DNA of 57,554 nucleotides from an uncultured delta proteobacterium (GTDB taxonomy: Bacteria; Desulfobacterota; Binatia; UBA9968): the NCBI GenBank assembly GCA_963816145.1, contig CAWFJP010000026.1, forward strand, positions 1-57,554, in the 5' to 3' direction. The stretch's first letter is position 1; every line of letters starts with the position of its first letter. Both the position numbers and the translations under genes were made by a program. Below, piece after piece: positions 49,090 through 57,554 of the stretch. The notes below the pieces were generated by a model. That model saw only the letters and a list, made by a program, of their open reading frames with translations. It searched no databases and had not been told where the DNA came from.

Positions 49090-50064
49090 TCAACGTGCGA
49101 TGCCGACAAAATTCTTATCAATCACGTCGTCGACCGTTAGATCGGGTCTTTTAGCATTGACACCAAGAGCCCGCTTGGCCTCCGCCAGCGCGGTGTCGAT
49201 GACATCGAGCTGGAGCGAGAGATCGCGACGCATGAACGGCCGTTCATATTCGTAGGCGCGCTCGAGCACGTTGGTGTCGGTGAGTTTGAGGCGTCTCATG
49301 ATGACTTTAAATGCCGTCGCTCTATCTTCGCGAAATACTTGCACGGCTTCTTTCATGGCATCGATGTAGCGGCGCGCGGCCTCGGGCCGCTTGGTCAAGA
49401 ATGCCGTTGTCGCGAAATAGGCGGTGGCCGGGAACGGTTGCGGGTTTTTCACGCCTTCGACCAAGAGACGAAAGCCATCGCGCTCCGCTTGGACGTCAAA
49501 GGGTGGACCGAACACGCCGGCATCGACGCGGCCGGATTTGAGCGCGAGAAAGTTCTCCGCCGACGAACTCGTGTGGACAAACTGGACTTGCTGCTCGGCG
49601 AGCTTTCTTTGCCGGGCATACCAGAGCCAGTAGTTATGCGTGCTGCTGCCGAGACTCTGAATGCCCAAGACTTTGATTTGCGATAAGTCTTGGATCGACG
49701 GTTTGCTGACGATGCTCAAGATGCGCGCGTGCTTTTGCAGGGCGAAGATTTTCATGTCGCCGCCCTGAAGCGCGACGCGGACCGGGGCATCGCCCGCGCC
49801 GATGCCGACATCGGCGGAGCCCGAGAGCAGCACCGATGCGACCAGCGGCCCGCCACCGAGCAACACCGCTTCGGCGTCGAGGCCATGTTTCTTGTAGATT
49901 CCCAAATCGTTGGCGATCCAGATCGGCGAAAACGATGTCGCCGTTGAAGCGTAAAGAATCCTCAGGCGCTGAGGAGCACTGCCGTCGGCGGCGTGCATCT
50001 TTTCGACCTGGCAAGCCATCCAAGCGGTGAGGAGACAGCAGACCACAGTGATTTTTCGGCTCAT
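49090..50064 (-). CDS. ABC substrate-binding protein, NMT1/SsuA-like
   Basis: PIWIANDLGIYKKHGLD and ALKSGRVDAGVFGPPF; start set at ATG 50064. Confidence 0.88.
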   Translation of the reverse strand: MSRKITVVCCLLTAWMACQVEKMHAADGSAPQRLRILYASTATSFSPIWIANDLGIYKKHGLDAEAVLLGGGPLVASVLLSGSADVGIGAGDAPVRVALQGGDMKIFALQKHARILSIVSKPSIQDLSQIKVLGIQSLGSSTHNYWLWYARQRKLAEQQVQFVHTSSSAENFLALKSGRVDAGVFGPPFDVQAERDGFRLLVEGVKNPQPFPATAYFATTAFLTKRPEAARRYIDAMKEAVQVFREDRATAFKVIMRRLKLTDTNVLERAYEYERPFMRRDLSLQLDVIDTALAEAKRALGVNAKRPDLTVDDVIDKNFVGIAR

Positions 50065-50277
50065 AGGGTGTTTTCTCCGATGCTGCGCAACCGCCACCGG
50101 CGACCGGGGCGCTTTTGGATCCCTGAAGGCGAAACGGATTATTCTCCGCGCACTCACTGCGACCATAGGACAAGGCTGCGTTAACTTACAAGCGCGCGGT
50201 AAATTTCCGGATTGTTTGATATATTCGAATCGCGGGGCAGATGAGGTAGATAAATCGAATCGAAACACTTTGATTAA

Positions 50278-50481
50278 TGTCGCTCTCAGGCATCGTTGAA
50301 ATCTTTCGCGTTCAGGTGAAGTGAAGGTTTGTCATGCCGGCGAAGGCCGGCATCCATCTTCGCTCATTCTGCAAGGCCGAATAAAGCCTGGATTCCGGCC
50401 TGCGCCGGAATGACGGAAAGAAAAATCGACTTCCAGTCGACAAATTTAGAACCCCTCGGCTCAAAGTAGAGGGCCGATCAG
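50278..50481 (+). repeat. R1 composite repeat copy 4 (lacks the 24-bp internal insert)
   Basis: Aligns with 1838-2064 and ends just before the dinB-like RBS. Confidence 0.88.
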
Positions 50482-50496
50482 TTCGGGAGGAAGTTT

Positions 50497-51030
50497 ATGG
50501 AAGCAGCAGGACTGGTGTTGGATGCGTTGGGCCGGGTGCGCGAAATGGTACGCGAGGCGCTTAAGGATTTGACGCCGGAAGAAATGTTGTCGCCGCCCGA
50601 GCCGCATATCGCGTGGCTGACCTGGCACATCGCCCGGGTACAGGACGCCAACTTTTCCGGCTTGCTCGATCGCCCGCAACTATGGATAACGGATGGCTGG
50701 CACCAGCGCTTCAACATGCCGCCCGAGCCGCGAGATTACGGCTCTGGCCACCGGCAAACCCGAGAACAAGTGGACGCCTTCACCTGCACCGACAAGCCGC
50801 TGCTGCTCGCGTACCATGACGTGGTGTTTGCACAGACGAAAGCTTATCTGTCGACGGTGACGAACGGCGACTTGAATCGCGTCCTCAACGAACCGCAATA
50901 CTCGCCGCTGCCGACCCTCAGCATCCGGCTCGCCAGTGTCATCAACTGCAACACACGCCACGCCGGCCAAATCGAATATCTGCGCGGGCTGGTGAAATTC
51001 AAAGGCTGGTTTCCGGGGGCGGAGAAATAG
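50497..51030 (+). CDS. DinB family protein
   Basis: IAWLTWHIARVQD and RHAGQIEYLRG; RBS GGAGG. Confidence 0.88.
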   Translation: MEAAGLVLDALGRVREMVREALKDLTPEEMLSPPEPHIAWLTWHIARVQDANFSGLLDRPQLWITDGWHQRFNMPPEPRDYGSGHRQTREQVDAFTCTDKPLLLAYHDVVFAQTKAYLSTVTNGDLNRVLNEPQYSPLPTLSIRLASVINCNTRHAGQIEYLRGLVKFKGWFPGAEK

Positions 51031-51114
51031 GACTCGCCAGTAAGGTGGTGGCGTGGCGTTTAGCATCGAAATCAAAATCCCCGATTGTGAAATTGAGCGA
51101 TCGAACCTTGTGCT

Positions 51115-52143
51115 CTACTGGCTCGTCGCCTGCGAGCCGCTGGCGGCAATTCGGCTCAACGCAGGCAGCAGCTCCCGTAAGAATATTTGAAATTGTTCAT
51201 TCAGATCGTCGGCGATGGGACGGATGGCAACATGATCGACGCCGGCATCGATGAAGCCGCGCAGACAATCGACGCAGTGCTCCACCGGGCCGCACGCGGT
51301 CCAGATCTCCACGCCTTGGCGGGTGAAGTCCTTTTGATAGTAGGCATCGAGAAAGGTTTTTGCTTCGCGAAACGCTTGGTCGCGATCGCGGTTTACCGAC
51401 GCGCCATAATACAGCACAGATTTGAACCCCTCGGGATTGCGACCTTCTTCGATGAGCATTTTTCGCAGTCGTCCCTGATAATCTTGAAACATCGAAAGCT
51501 CGATCTGATTGCACATCCAACCGTCGGCATAGTGGGCCATGCGCCGCAACGAGCGCTCTACGCCTTGCTCGCCGATTTGCGCGGCACGCGGTGTGGCCGC
51601 GATATAGATCGGACAGGGATTCTGCGCCGGTTTGGGCAGCAGGTTCACGTCTTTGAAAGAGTAGTATTTGCCGTGAAAGCTTGCATGTTCGTCGGACCAC
51701 AGAAGCCGCAGGGCCTGGATCATCTCGACCAATCGCCCGGGCCGCTCCTTGCTCTGGATGCCCATGACTTCGAGCTCCTTGGCTGCCATCGGGTGCTGGC
51801 TCGCCGGATAACCCATGCAGGCGGCCAGCCATGTGCGTCCGCCTGACAAGACATCGAGACTTGCCCACTGCAGCGCGAGCAGCACGGGATTGCGCTGGGC
51901 GATGGTGGCCATACAGGCGACGCCCAGTTTCACCCGCGACGTATGCGCCGCGATGGCGCCCAATAGCGGAATGCATTCGAGCCGCGGCTTGCTCAAAATG
52001 CTATCGCCGACCCATATCGCGTCGATGGCGCCGCTGTTCTCGGCCTGGACGGCCATGTCGATCAACTCCCGCGCCGGCGTTCCCTTGGTGACCAGCGCCC
52101 GGTTGGACAAGGTGAGACCGAAAGTGGTTTGGTTGTTTTTCAT
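51115..52143 (-). CDS. LLM class flavin-dependent oxidoreductase
   Basis: IWVGDS, AAHTSRVKLG, NPVLLALQWASLDVLSGGR, FHGKYY, PKPAQ and YADGW. Confidence 0.92.
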   Translation of the reverse strand: MKNNQTTFGLTLSNRALVTKGTPARELIDMAVQAENSGAIDAIWVGDSILSKPRLECIPLLGAIAAHTSRVKLGVACMATIAQRNPVLLALQWASLDVLSGGRTWLAACMGYPASQHPMAAKELEVMGIQSKERPGRLVEMIQALRLLWSDEHASFHGKYYSFKDVNLLPKPAQNPCPIYIAATPRAAQIGEQGVERSLRRMAHYADGWMCNQIELSMFQDYQGRLRKMLIEEGRNPEGFKSVLYYGASVNRDRDQAFREAKTFLDAYYQKDFTRQGVEIWTACGPVEHCVDCLRGFIDAGVDHVAIRPIADDLNEQFQIFLRELLPALSRIAASGSQATSQ

Positions 52144-52199
52144 GGCGGCGAGCATAGGACGGCGGCGCGAATGTTTTCAAGTGTGAAGTGAATGAGGCG

Positions 52200-52289
52200 A
52201 TCAACGGCAATACGCGACACGTCTGCCATATCGAGTATCTGCGCGGGTTGGTGAGATACGGTGGCAGGTTTCCCGCAGCTCAGAAATAA
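52200..52289 (+). pseudogene. orphan 3' end of a DinB-family gene
   Basis: Translates INGNTRHVCHIEYLRGLVRYGGRFPAAQK*, collinear with 50941-51030 INCNTRHAGQIEYLRGLVKFKGWFPGAEK*. Confidence 0.8.
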
Positions 52290-52413
52290 ATTGAGCTAGC
52301 GGCTAGGCCTGGCCCGGGATCGCCTTAGTGGGTGCGCCAATCGTGGTTTCGAGATGTCGCGCGATGAATTTGAAGACGTCTTCATTACGCCCGACGCGCA
52401 TCTCGCCGATGAT

Positions 52414-53496
52414 TCACTTCGGCTGTGAGTCCACCTTGCTCGCTCTCCAATCAATGTTGCTTACGCCGGCTTCGCTCTTTTTCAAAGACTCGGCCAACTC
52501 ACGCAAGTATTCATCCTGTTCCTTGGGCGTGTAAACTGCCAAAGAACCGTCGGCGTTTTTCGGGATGCCGCCGATGAAGTGGAACGCGTGGCCGTCCCAG
52601 TCGTAGAATTCGTCGCCGCGCTGGTAGATCTCTTTCCACTTGTAGCCCACCGGACTGCGATGGAGGCCGGTGCGCGCCGGGAAGTTGTCTTCCTTTTCGC
52701 GCGAGTCGTTGAGATGCTCTTTGGCGCCGGCTTCTTCGGGCAGGCCGTCCCACATGCGCCGGTAGTTGGGGAAAAACTCTTCTTCGCGCACGGTGAAGGC
52801 GGTGTGCATATCCCACCACGGGCTGTGGCCGGCGATGCGCTCGTCGAGCTGATCGACCCGTTTGTAAACCAGTCGGGCGCCGGCGCGCATGCGCAGGACC
52901 AGCGTGCCTTCGGCGGTCTTGGCGCTGCGTTCGGATTCCATGCCGCAATATTTTTCGAAAAACGCCGCGGTGCGCGCCAAGTCGCGGGAGCCGTAGACGC
53001 AGTGACTGATGCGGCCGACGTTTTCTGAACTGTGCACTTCCATGGCGCCCTCGGGCATATTTACCGGCGCCCAGAATTCGTACTGGTTGCCGTCGGGATC
53101 GGCGAAACAGATCACTGTGCCTTCCTCGCCGTTGTCGGCGGTCTTGACCGGATCGGTGTGGGGAATCTTGTGCTGGTCGAGGCGGCGCAGGTGTTTGTCG
53201 ATATCTTCGGGCCGGACGTAAAAGCCGCAGCGCGGCATGTCTTTGCCTAGCTCTTTGGCCTTGGGATAGTTCTCCGGCTGGAGGAAGGCGCCGATGCGGC
53301 AGGATTCGTCGTCCCACCACATGAAGCAAAAGATCGGCGTGTTTTTCTTGCGCATGTTGGTGGTCAGTCCATTGATCGGCCGAATCGGCAGGCCGGTGGC
53401 ATGGAGCGCCCAGTAACTCCAGCCCGGCAAGTCGTTGGTGCCGACGACGTAGTGATCGATCCAGTGAACTGCCCCTTTGGGTTCGACGGTAGACAT
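52414..53496 (-). CDS. VOC (glyoxalase/bleomycin resistance/extradiol) family protein, two domains
   Basis: WIDHYVV, FADPDGNQYEFW, ISHCVY..DLART..FF and FYDWDGHAF; RBS GGAGG. Confidence 0.82.
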   Translation of the reverse strand: MSTVEPKGAVHWIDHYVVGTNDLPGWSYWALHATGLPIRPINGLTTNMRKKNTPIFCFMWWDDESCRIGAFLQPENYPKAKELGKDMPRCGFYVRPEDIDKHLRRLDQHKIPHTDPVKTADNGEEGTVICFADPDGNQYEFWAPVNMPEGAMEVHSSENVGRISHCVYGSRDLARTAAFFEKYCGMESERSAKTAEGTLVLRMRAGARLVYKRVDQLDERIAGHSPWWDMHTAFTVREEEFFPNYRRMWDGLPEEAGAKEHLNDSREKEDNFPARTGLHRSPVGYKWKEIYQRGDEFYDWDGHAFHFIGGIPKNADGSLAVYTPKEQDEYLRELAESLKKSEAGVSNIDWRASKVDSQPK

Positions 53497-53569
53497 GGAA
53501 AGCCTCCAGTAGATAAAGTGATGATCGCTCAGTTGAGCTTGGGGTAACAGACCCACGGACTAGGGTCAA

Positions 53570-53660
53570 GGGGTTCCAGGCGCTGGGCGCCGTTCCAATC
53601 GTTCCAGGGTTCCAATTGTTCAAGACGTTTCGCTGTCGATTCGTTCAAAGTTCAATGTCG
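53570..53660. repeat. 9-mer GTTCCAATC tract
   Basis: GTTCCAATCGTTCCAGGGTTCCAATTGTTCAAGACG. Confidence 0.7.
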
Positions 53661-53781
53661 GAACACGTCTGTCCTCATCGACGCGTTTCTAGACGATCTT
53701 CATGTCCCGGCCCGTGACTTTTTCGTCCGAGCGCATTCTACACGGTAAATTCTTGAGAGTCTCGAATTTTTCCGCCTTCGA

Positions 53782-53812
53782 ACTTCGTGATCTTCGTGTC
53801 CTTCGTGGTGAG
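53782..53812. repeat. R2 half repeat
   Basis: CTTCGTGATCTTCGTGTCCTTCGTGGTGA. Confidence 0.7.
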
Positions 53813-53816
53813 TCCT

Positions 53817-54883
53817 TCATTCGGCAATCAAAGCCGGCTTGCGGTTGTGCCACTCGGTCGCGCTTTGGTACGCCGCGGCGGCGTTCAAGACCGTTTGATC
53901 GGCGAACCAGGCGCCGATGAGCTGCATGCCGATCGGTAGGTCTTCCGGATTCACGCCGCAGGGGAGCGAGCAGCCGGGTAGGCCAAGCATGCTCGGGAAG
54001 CGCAGCAGATTGGATTGGTTGTAGCTTACATGCCGGGAGTCGTCGCCGTTGCCCTGAACGCCTTGGGACAGCGGCGGCGCTACCCGCGCCGTGGTCGGGG
54101 TGGCGATGATGTCGACTTTCTCATAAGCCGCTCTGACCGCTTCACGAATGCGGTGGCGCGCGCGCTGGGCGGTCAAATATTCCGAAGCAGTGATCGCCAT
54201 GCCGACGGCAATGCCGCGCGCGACATGGGGCACGTAATCCTGGGCGCGCTCGCGAAACCAGTGGCGATTAATGCCGGCGCTCTCCGCCGAACTTGTCAGC
54301 ATTGAAGTCATCGCCGCGTAACTCAGTTCGGGAACATCGAGGTCGACGACCTGGCAGCCGGCAGCCGTAAAGTTTTTGAGCGCCGCGTGAAATGCTTCGC
54401 GCACCGGCGCGTCGACGCCGTCGAGAAACTTGCGCAGCACGCCGACCCGTATTCCTTTGACGTTCTCGTTCAAGCGCGCAGCGTAAGCTGGCGTATCTTG
54501 GCGCACGCTCGCCGGATCGCGAGGGTCGTAGCCGGCGACCGGGTCGAGCGCCAAGGCGATGTCTTTGACTGTGCGAGCGAACAAGCCGACATGATCTTGG
54601 CTCCAGGCGCCGCGGAACGAGCCTTGGCGGCTGATGATGCCGAAGGTCGGTTTAAAACCGACGATACCGCAATAGGATGCCGGCCGGCGCACGGATGAAC
54701 CGGTCTCGGTGCCGAACGACAGCGGACCGATGCGCGCGGCGACCGCCGCAGCGGAACCGCCGCTGGAACCGCCGGCGATGCGGTCGAGGTTCCACGGATT
54801 ATGCACTGGGCCGAAGTGCGACAATGTCGAAGTGCCGCCGTGGCCGAATTCGTCCAAATTGGTCTTGCCGAAGATCACCGCGG
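53817..54883 (-). CDS. amidase signature family protein (GatA-like), 5'-truncated at the junction
   Basis: GKTNLDEF, NPW..RIAGGSSGGSAAAV, GTETGSSVRRPASYCG and LPIGMQL. The N-terminal ~110 aa with the catalytic Lys are missing. Confidence 0.88.
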
Positions 54884-55620
54884 GCGCACTGGCCCGACGT
54901 GGAGCTGGTGTCGGAAGGACTTCGAGGAGCCGGTGGTGATCGGCACCGACCCGCAGTGGACCGTGATCGTCGACAGCATCGACGGCACTCGTGGCCTCAT
55001 GTACGACAAGCGCCCGGCCTGGGTGCCTCGCCGCCGCCGCGCCGCGGTGGATCGTTGCGTGACGTGGTTGCCGCGGCCATGACCGGACTCCCGACCATGA
55101 AGCAGGGGCTCGCCGACCAACTGGCGCACCGCGGGACGGGCGTGTTCGCGGAACGCATCGACCTGCGTGACGGTCCGCGTGCCGTCCTCGCCGTGCAGCC
55201 GTCGACCGCGGTCGACCTGGAACACGGCTTCGCCGGGCTGGCGAAGTTCTTCGTCCCCGGGAAGATCACGCTGGCCGAACTCGAGACCACGCTGTTCACC
55301 CGGCTCGGCAGCAGCGACGTGTTCGACGACGAGTACATCTCTTCGGGTGGACAGCTGCACGAGCTCATCGCCGGACCGCGACCGCTTCGTCGCCGACCTG
55401 CGCGCCCGCTCGTCGACCCCGACGCCTTCGCGTGCCATCCCTACGACGTGTGCACCACGATGCTGCTCGAAGAAGCCGGCGGCGTGGTCACCGATCCACA
55501 GCGGTGCACCGCTCGACGTGCCCCTCGACGCGACGACCGCGGTCGCCTGGGTCGGTACGCGAACCCTGCGCTCGCCGCCCGCATCGGTCCGATCCTGGCC
55601 GAACTGGTCGATGCCCTCCC
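54884..55620 (+). pseudogene. inositol-monophosphatase-like protein, partial and multiply frameshifted (foreign high-GC segment)
   Basis: Fragments IVDSIDGTRGLMYDKR, FDDEYISSGGQ, CHPYDVCT and EEAGGVVTD in different frames. Confidence 0.6.
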
Positions 55621-56734
55621 TCACCGGTCGCGCGCCGGGACGCCTCGACCTGCTCGGAGGTGTCGCCGACTACTCTGGGCAAGCACGTGTTGGAAGTCGC
55701 AACGCACCTCACGACCGAAGTCGTGGCCGAGGACGACGACGCACTCGTGGTGGGCCCGGGCCGGCATCTCCAGGCCGACGAGGTCTCGACCTCGCCGCGC
55801 TCCCCTATCCCGAGATCCGCGCCGTGCTCTCGACGTTCCACGCTGGACGCACTACGTGCTCGGCGTCACGCTGGTGCTCGTCCGGCACCGCGTGATCGAC
55901 GCACCACGGGCAGGCTCACGATCACGTCCGACGTGCCCACGTCGGTCGGCGTGTCGTAGAGTGCGGCGCTGGAAGTGGCAACAGCCGCACGAGTTGGGTG
56001 CCGACGATCGAACCGCTCCGGCTCGCGGCACTGTGCAGGAGGCGGAGAACCAGGTGGTCGGCGCACCCTGCGGGATCATGGACCAGGTGGTCGTGACCAT
56101 GGGTCGACCCGGAGGCGTCCTGCCGATCCTGTGCCGGCCCGCCTCGGTCGATCCCATCGTCGAGCTGCTCGACGACCTCGAGGTGGTCGGCGTTCCCCCC
56201 CACCGGCGCCCAGCATGATGTGAGCGGCGTGCCCTACCGGCGGGCGCGTGCGGCCGCCTTCATGGGGCAAGCGGATCGTCGAGGACACGACGTCACGGTC
56301 GTGGGGCCATGGGTGAGCGAGCTGCCCGTCGACGCGGTCGTCGACCTTCCGACGCACTCGACGGTGCGACGTTCCTCGATCGCTGGGGCACGACCGACAA
56401 CCCACTGACGACGATCGATCCCGACGAGACCTACCCGGTCCGCACGCGGCGACCACGTTCGGCGTCGAGGAGCGCGCACGGCGCGGCGACCGCGCTGCTC
56501 GACGCCCTCAAGCCGCCGCGCCGTCGATGCGGTCGGCTCGATCATGGCTGCGAGTCACGAGCACCGGGCTACGACGCCATGGGGCTCGGCCACGAAGCCG
56601 CCACCGCTGCAGCCGACCGGGTGCTCGCCCGGCCCGGCGTCCACGGCGCCGCGGTCGAGGCGGAGCGTGCGGGTGGCACGGTCGTCGTGGTGTCCGAGCG
56701 GCACGCTGACGACATCGAGGCGCTCGTTCGCTAG
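55611..56734 (+). pseudogene. GHMP kinase (galactokinase/L-arabinokinase-like), multiply frameshifted
   Basis: MPSLTGRAPGRLDLLGGVADYSG, SDVP..GVS.SAALEVA, ENQVVGAPCGIMDQ, SH..Y and GGTVVV. Confidence 0.65.
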
Positions 56735-57554
56735 CTCAGGACGAACGTGGCCAATCCGGGTGCGGCCTCGACGCGACCGTCGGGCAGCACGACCTCGGCC
56801 TCGGTGTTCGGCGGCACCTGCACCGTGAACGTCGTGCCGGTTAGCGCCGATCGACCATGACGACTCGATGCGTCCGTACGGCGACTCGAGCGGCGCTCGC
56901 CCACGTGAGGCCACCGCCGGGGCGGGGTCCGACGCGGAAGCGGCGGTACACGGGTCCATCGTCCAGGAGCTGGATGCCGGCGACGTAGCAATGGAGGAAC
57001 GAGATCACCGCGCCCTTGCTGTAGTGGTTGAGCGACACGTGGCGACGCCGTCGGCGTCGATCCCCTCCGCCGTGCTCCCAGATCGTGGTCGCGCCCCCGT
57101 CGATGCATCGCCAGCCATGACGGCGGTGTGTTCCTGGAACAGCAACTCGTAGGCGAGGTCGAGGTGCCCGGTGTCGGCGAGTACGGGAGGAGGTAGGGCG
57201 TCGCCAGGAAGCCGGTGTTGAGATGCGTGTCGGCGGCGCGCACCATCGACACGAGCTGGCTCGCCACTGTGTCGCGGGCAGCATCGGGTACGAGTTCGAA
57301 CAAGCCGCGCACGACGTCGGCCTGGCGGTCGGAGCGCACGGTGCCGTCGTCGGCGAGGAGGACTCGCACTCCACGCGTCGGCAGCACGTACGCGGAGAGC
57401 TCCTCGTAGCGAGCTGCGTCGTCGGCACGACGCGGAGAATTCGCGCGATGGCGAAACCAGGGTCCACGTGGTGTACGCGAAGAACACGGTGGCGACGATG
57501 GCGAAGTCGCGGTCCACGAAGTTGGCGAAGTGGTCGTCCTCGAGCAGGTCAGGC
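56731..57554 (-). pseudogene. alpha-L-rhamnosidase (GH78) C-terminal part, frameshifted, runs off the window
   Basis: HLNTGFLATPYLL, PSW..M.DGGATTIWE, SLNHYSKGAV, YRRFRV.PRPGGGLTWA, SPYGRIESSW and VPPNT.A. Confidence 0.75.

Noticed and set aside
53817-54883. gatA of the GatCAB amidotransferase
   Set aside because: Only generic amidase-signature motifs are visible, no gatB follows, and the gene is truncated.
54677-56218. 513-aa ORF as a novel fusion protein
   Set aside because: It is a patchwork of amidase antisense sequence, IMPase-like and GHMP kinase fragments caused by the junction and indels.

Overview
Bases 1-~54880 look like one bacterial chromosome segment of about 60% GC. The gene content and repeat types suggest a Candidatus Binatia / deltaproteobacteria-like soil lineage (inference only). 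It holds 16 orphan periplasmic substrate-binding proteins (12 NMT1/SsuA-type, 2 ABC_sub_bind, 1 TctC/Bug, 1 Fe/polyamine-type), ten of them in five tandem pairs, with no permease, ATPase or transcription regulator recognised. Catabolic enzymes for aromatic and small acids are interspersed: a DhbE-like aryl ligase, four amidohydrolases, an SdgC/AbmA-like FAD monooxygenase, two gentisate-dioxygenase-like cupins, a LigAB-like pair, two ThDP enzymes, two LLM oxidoreductases, a flavin reductase, an enolase-family enzyme, a CocE hydrolase and an amidase. There is also a sigma54-type bactofilin operon. The intergenic DNA is rich in repeats: 7-mer and 9-mer tandem tracts, several REP-like palindromes and nested non-autonomous elements. 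The most striking is an ~85-bp palindromic repeat seen both empty and filled at the same base by ~190-210-bp inserts that share ends but carry different REP cargo. Several single-base frameshifts look like long-read errors. At ~54883 the sequence switches abruptly to higher-GC, indel-ridden DNA (inositol-monophosphatase-like, GHMP kinase, alpha-L-rhamnosidase), most likely a chimeric join. No rRNA, tRNA, CRISPR array or transposase was seen.
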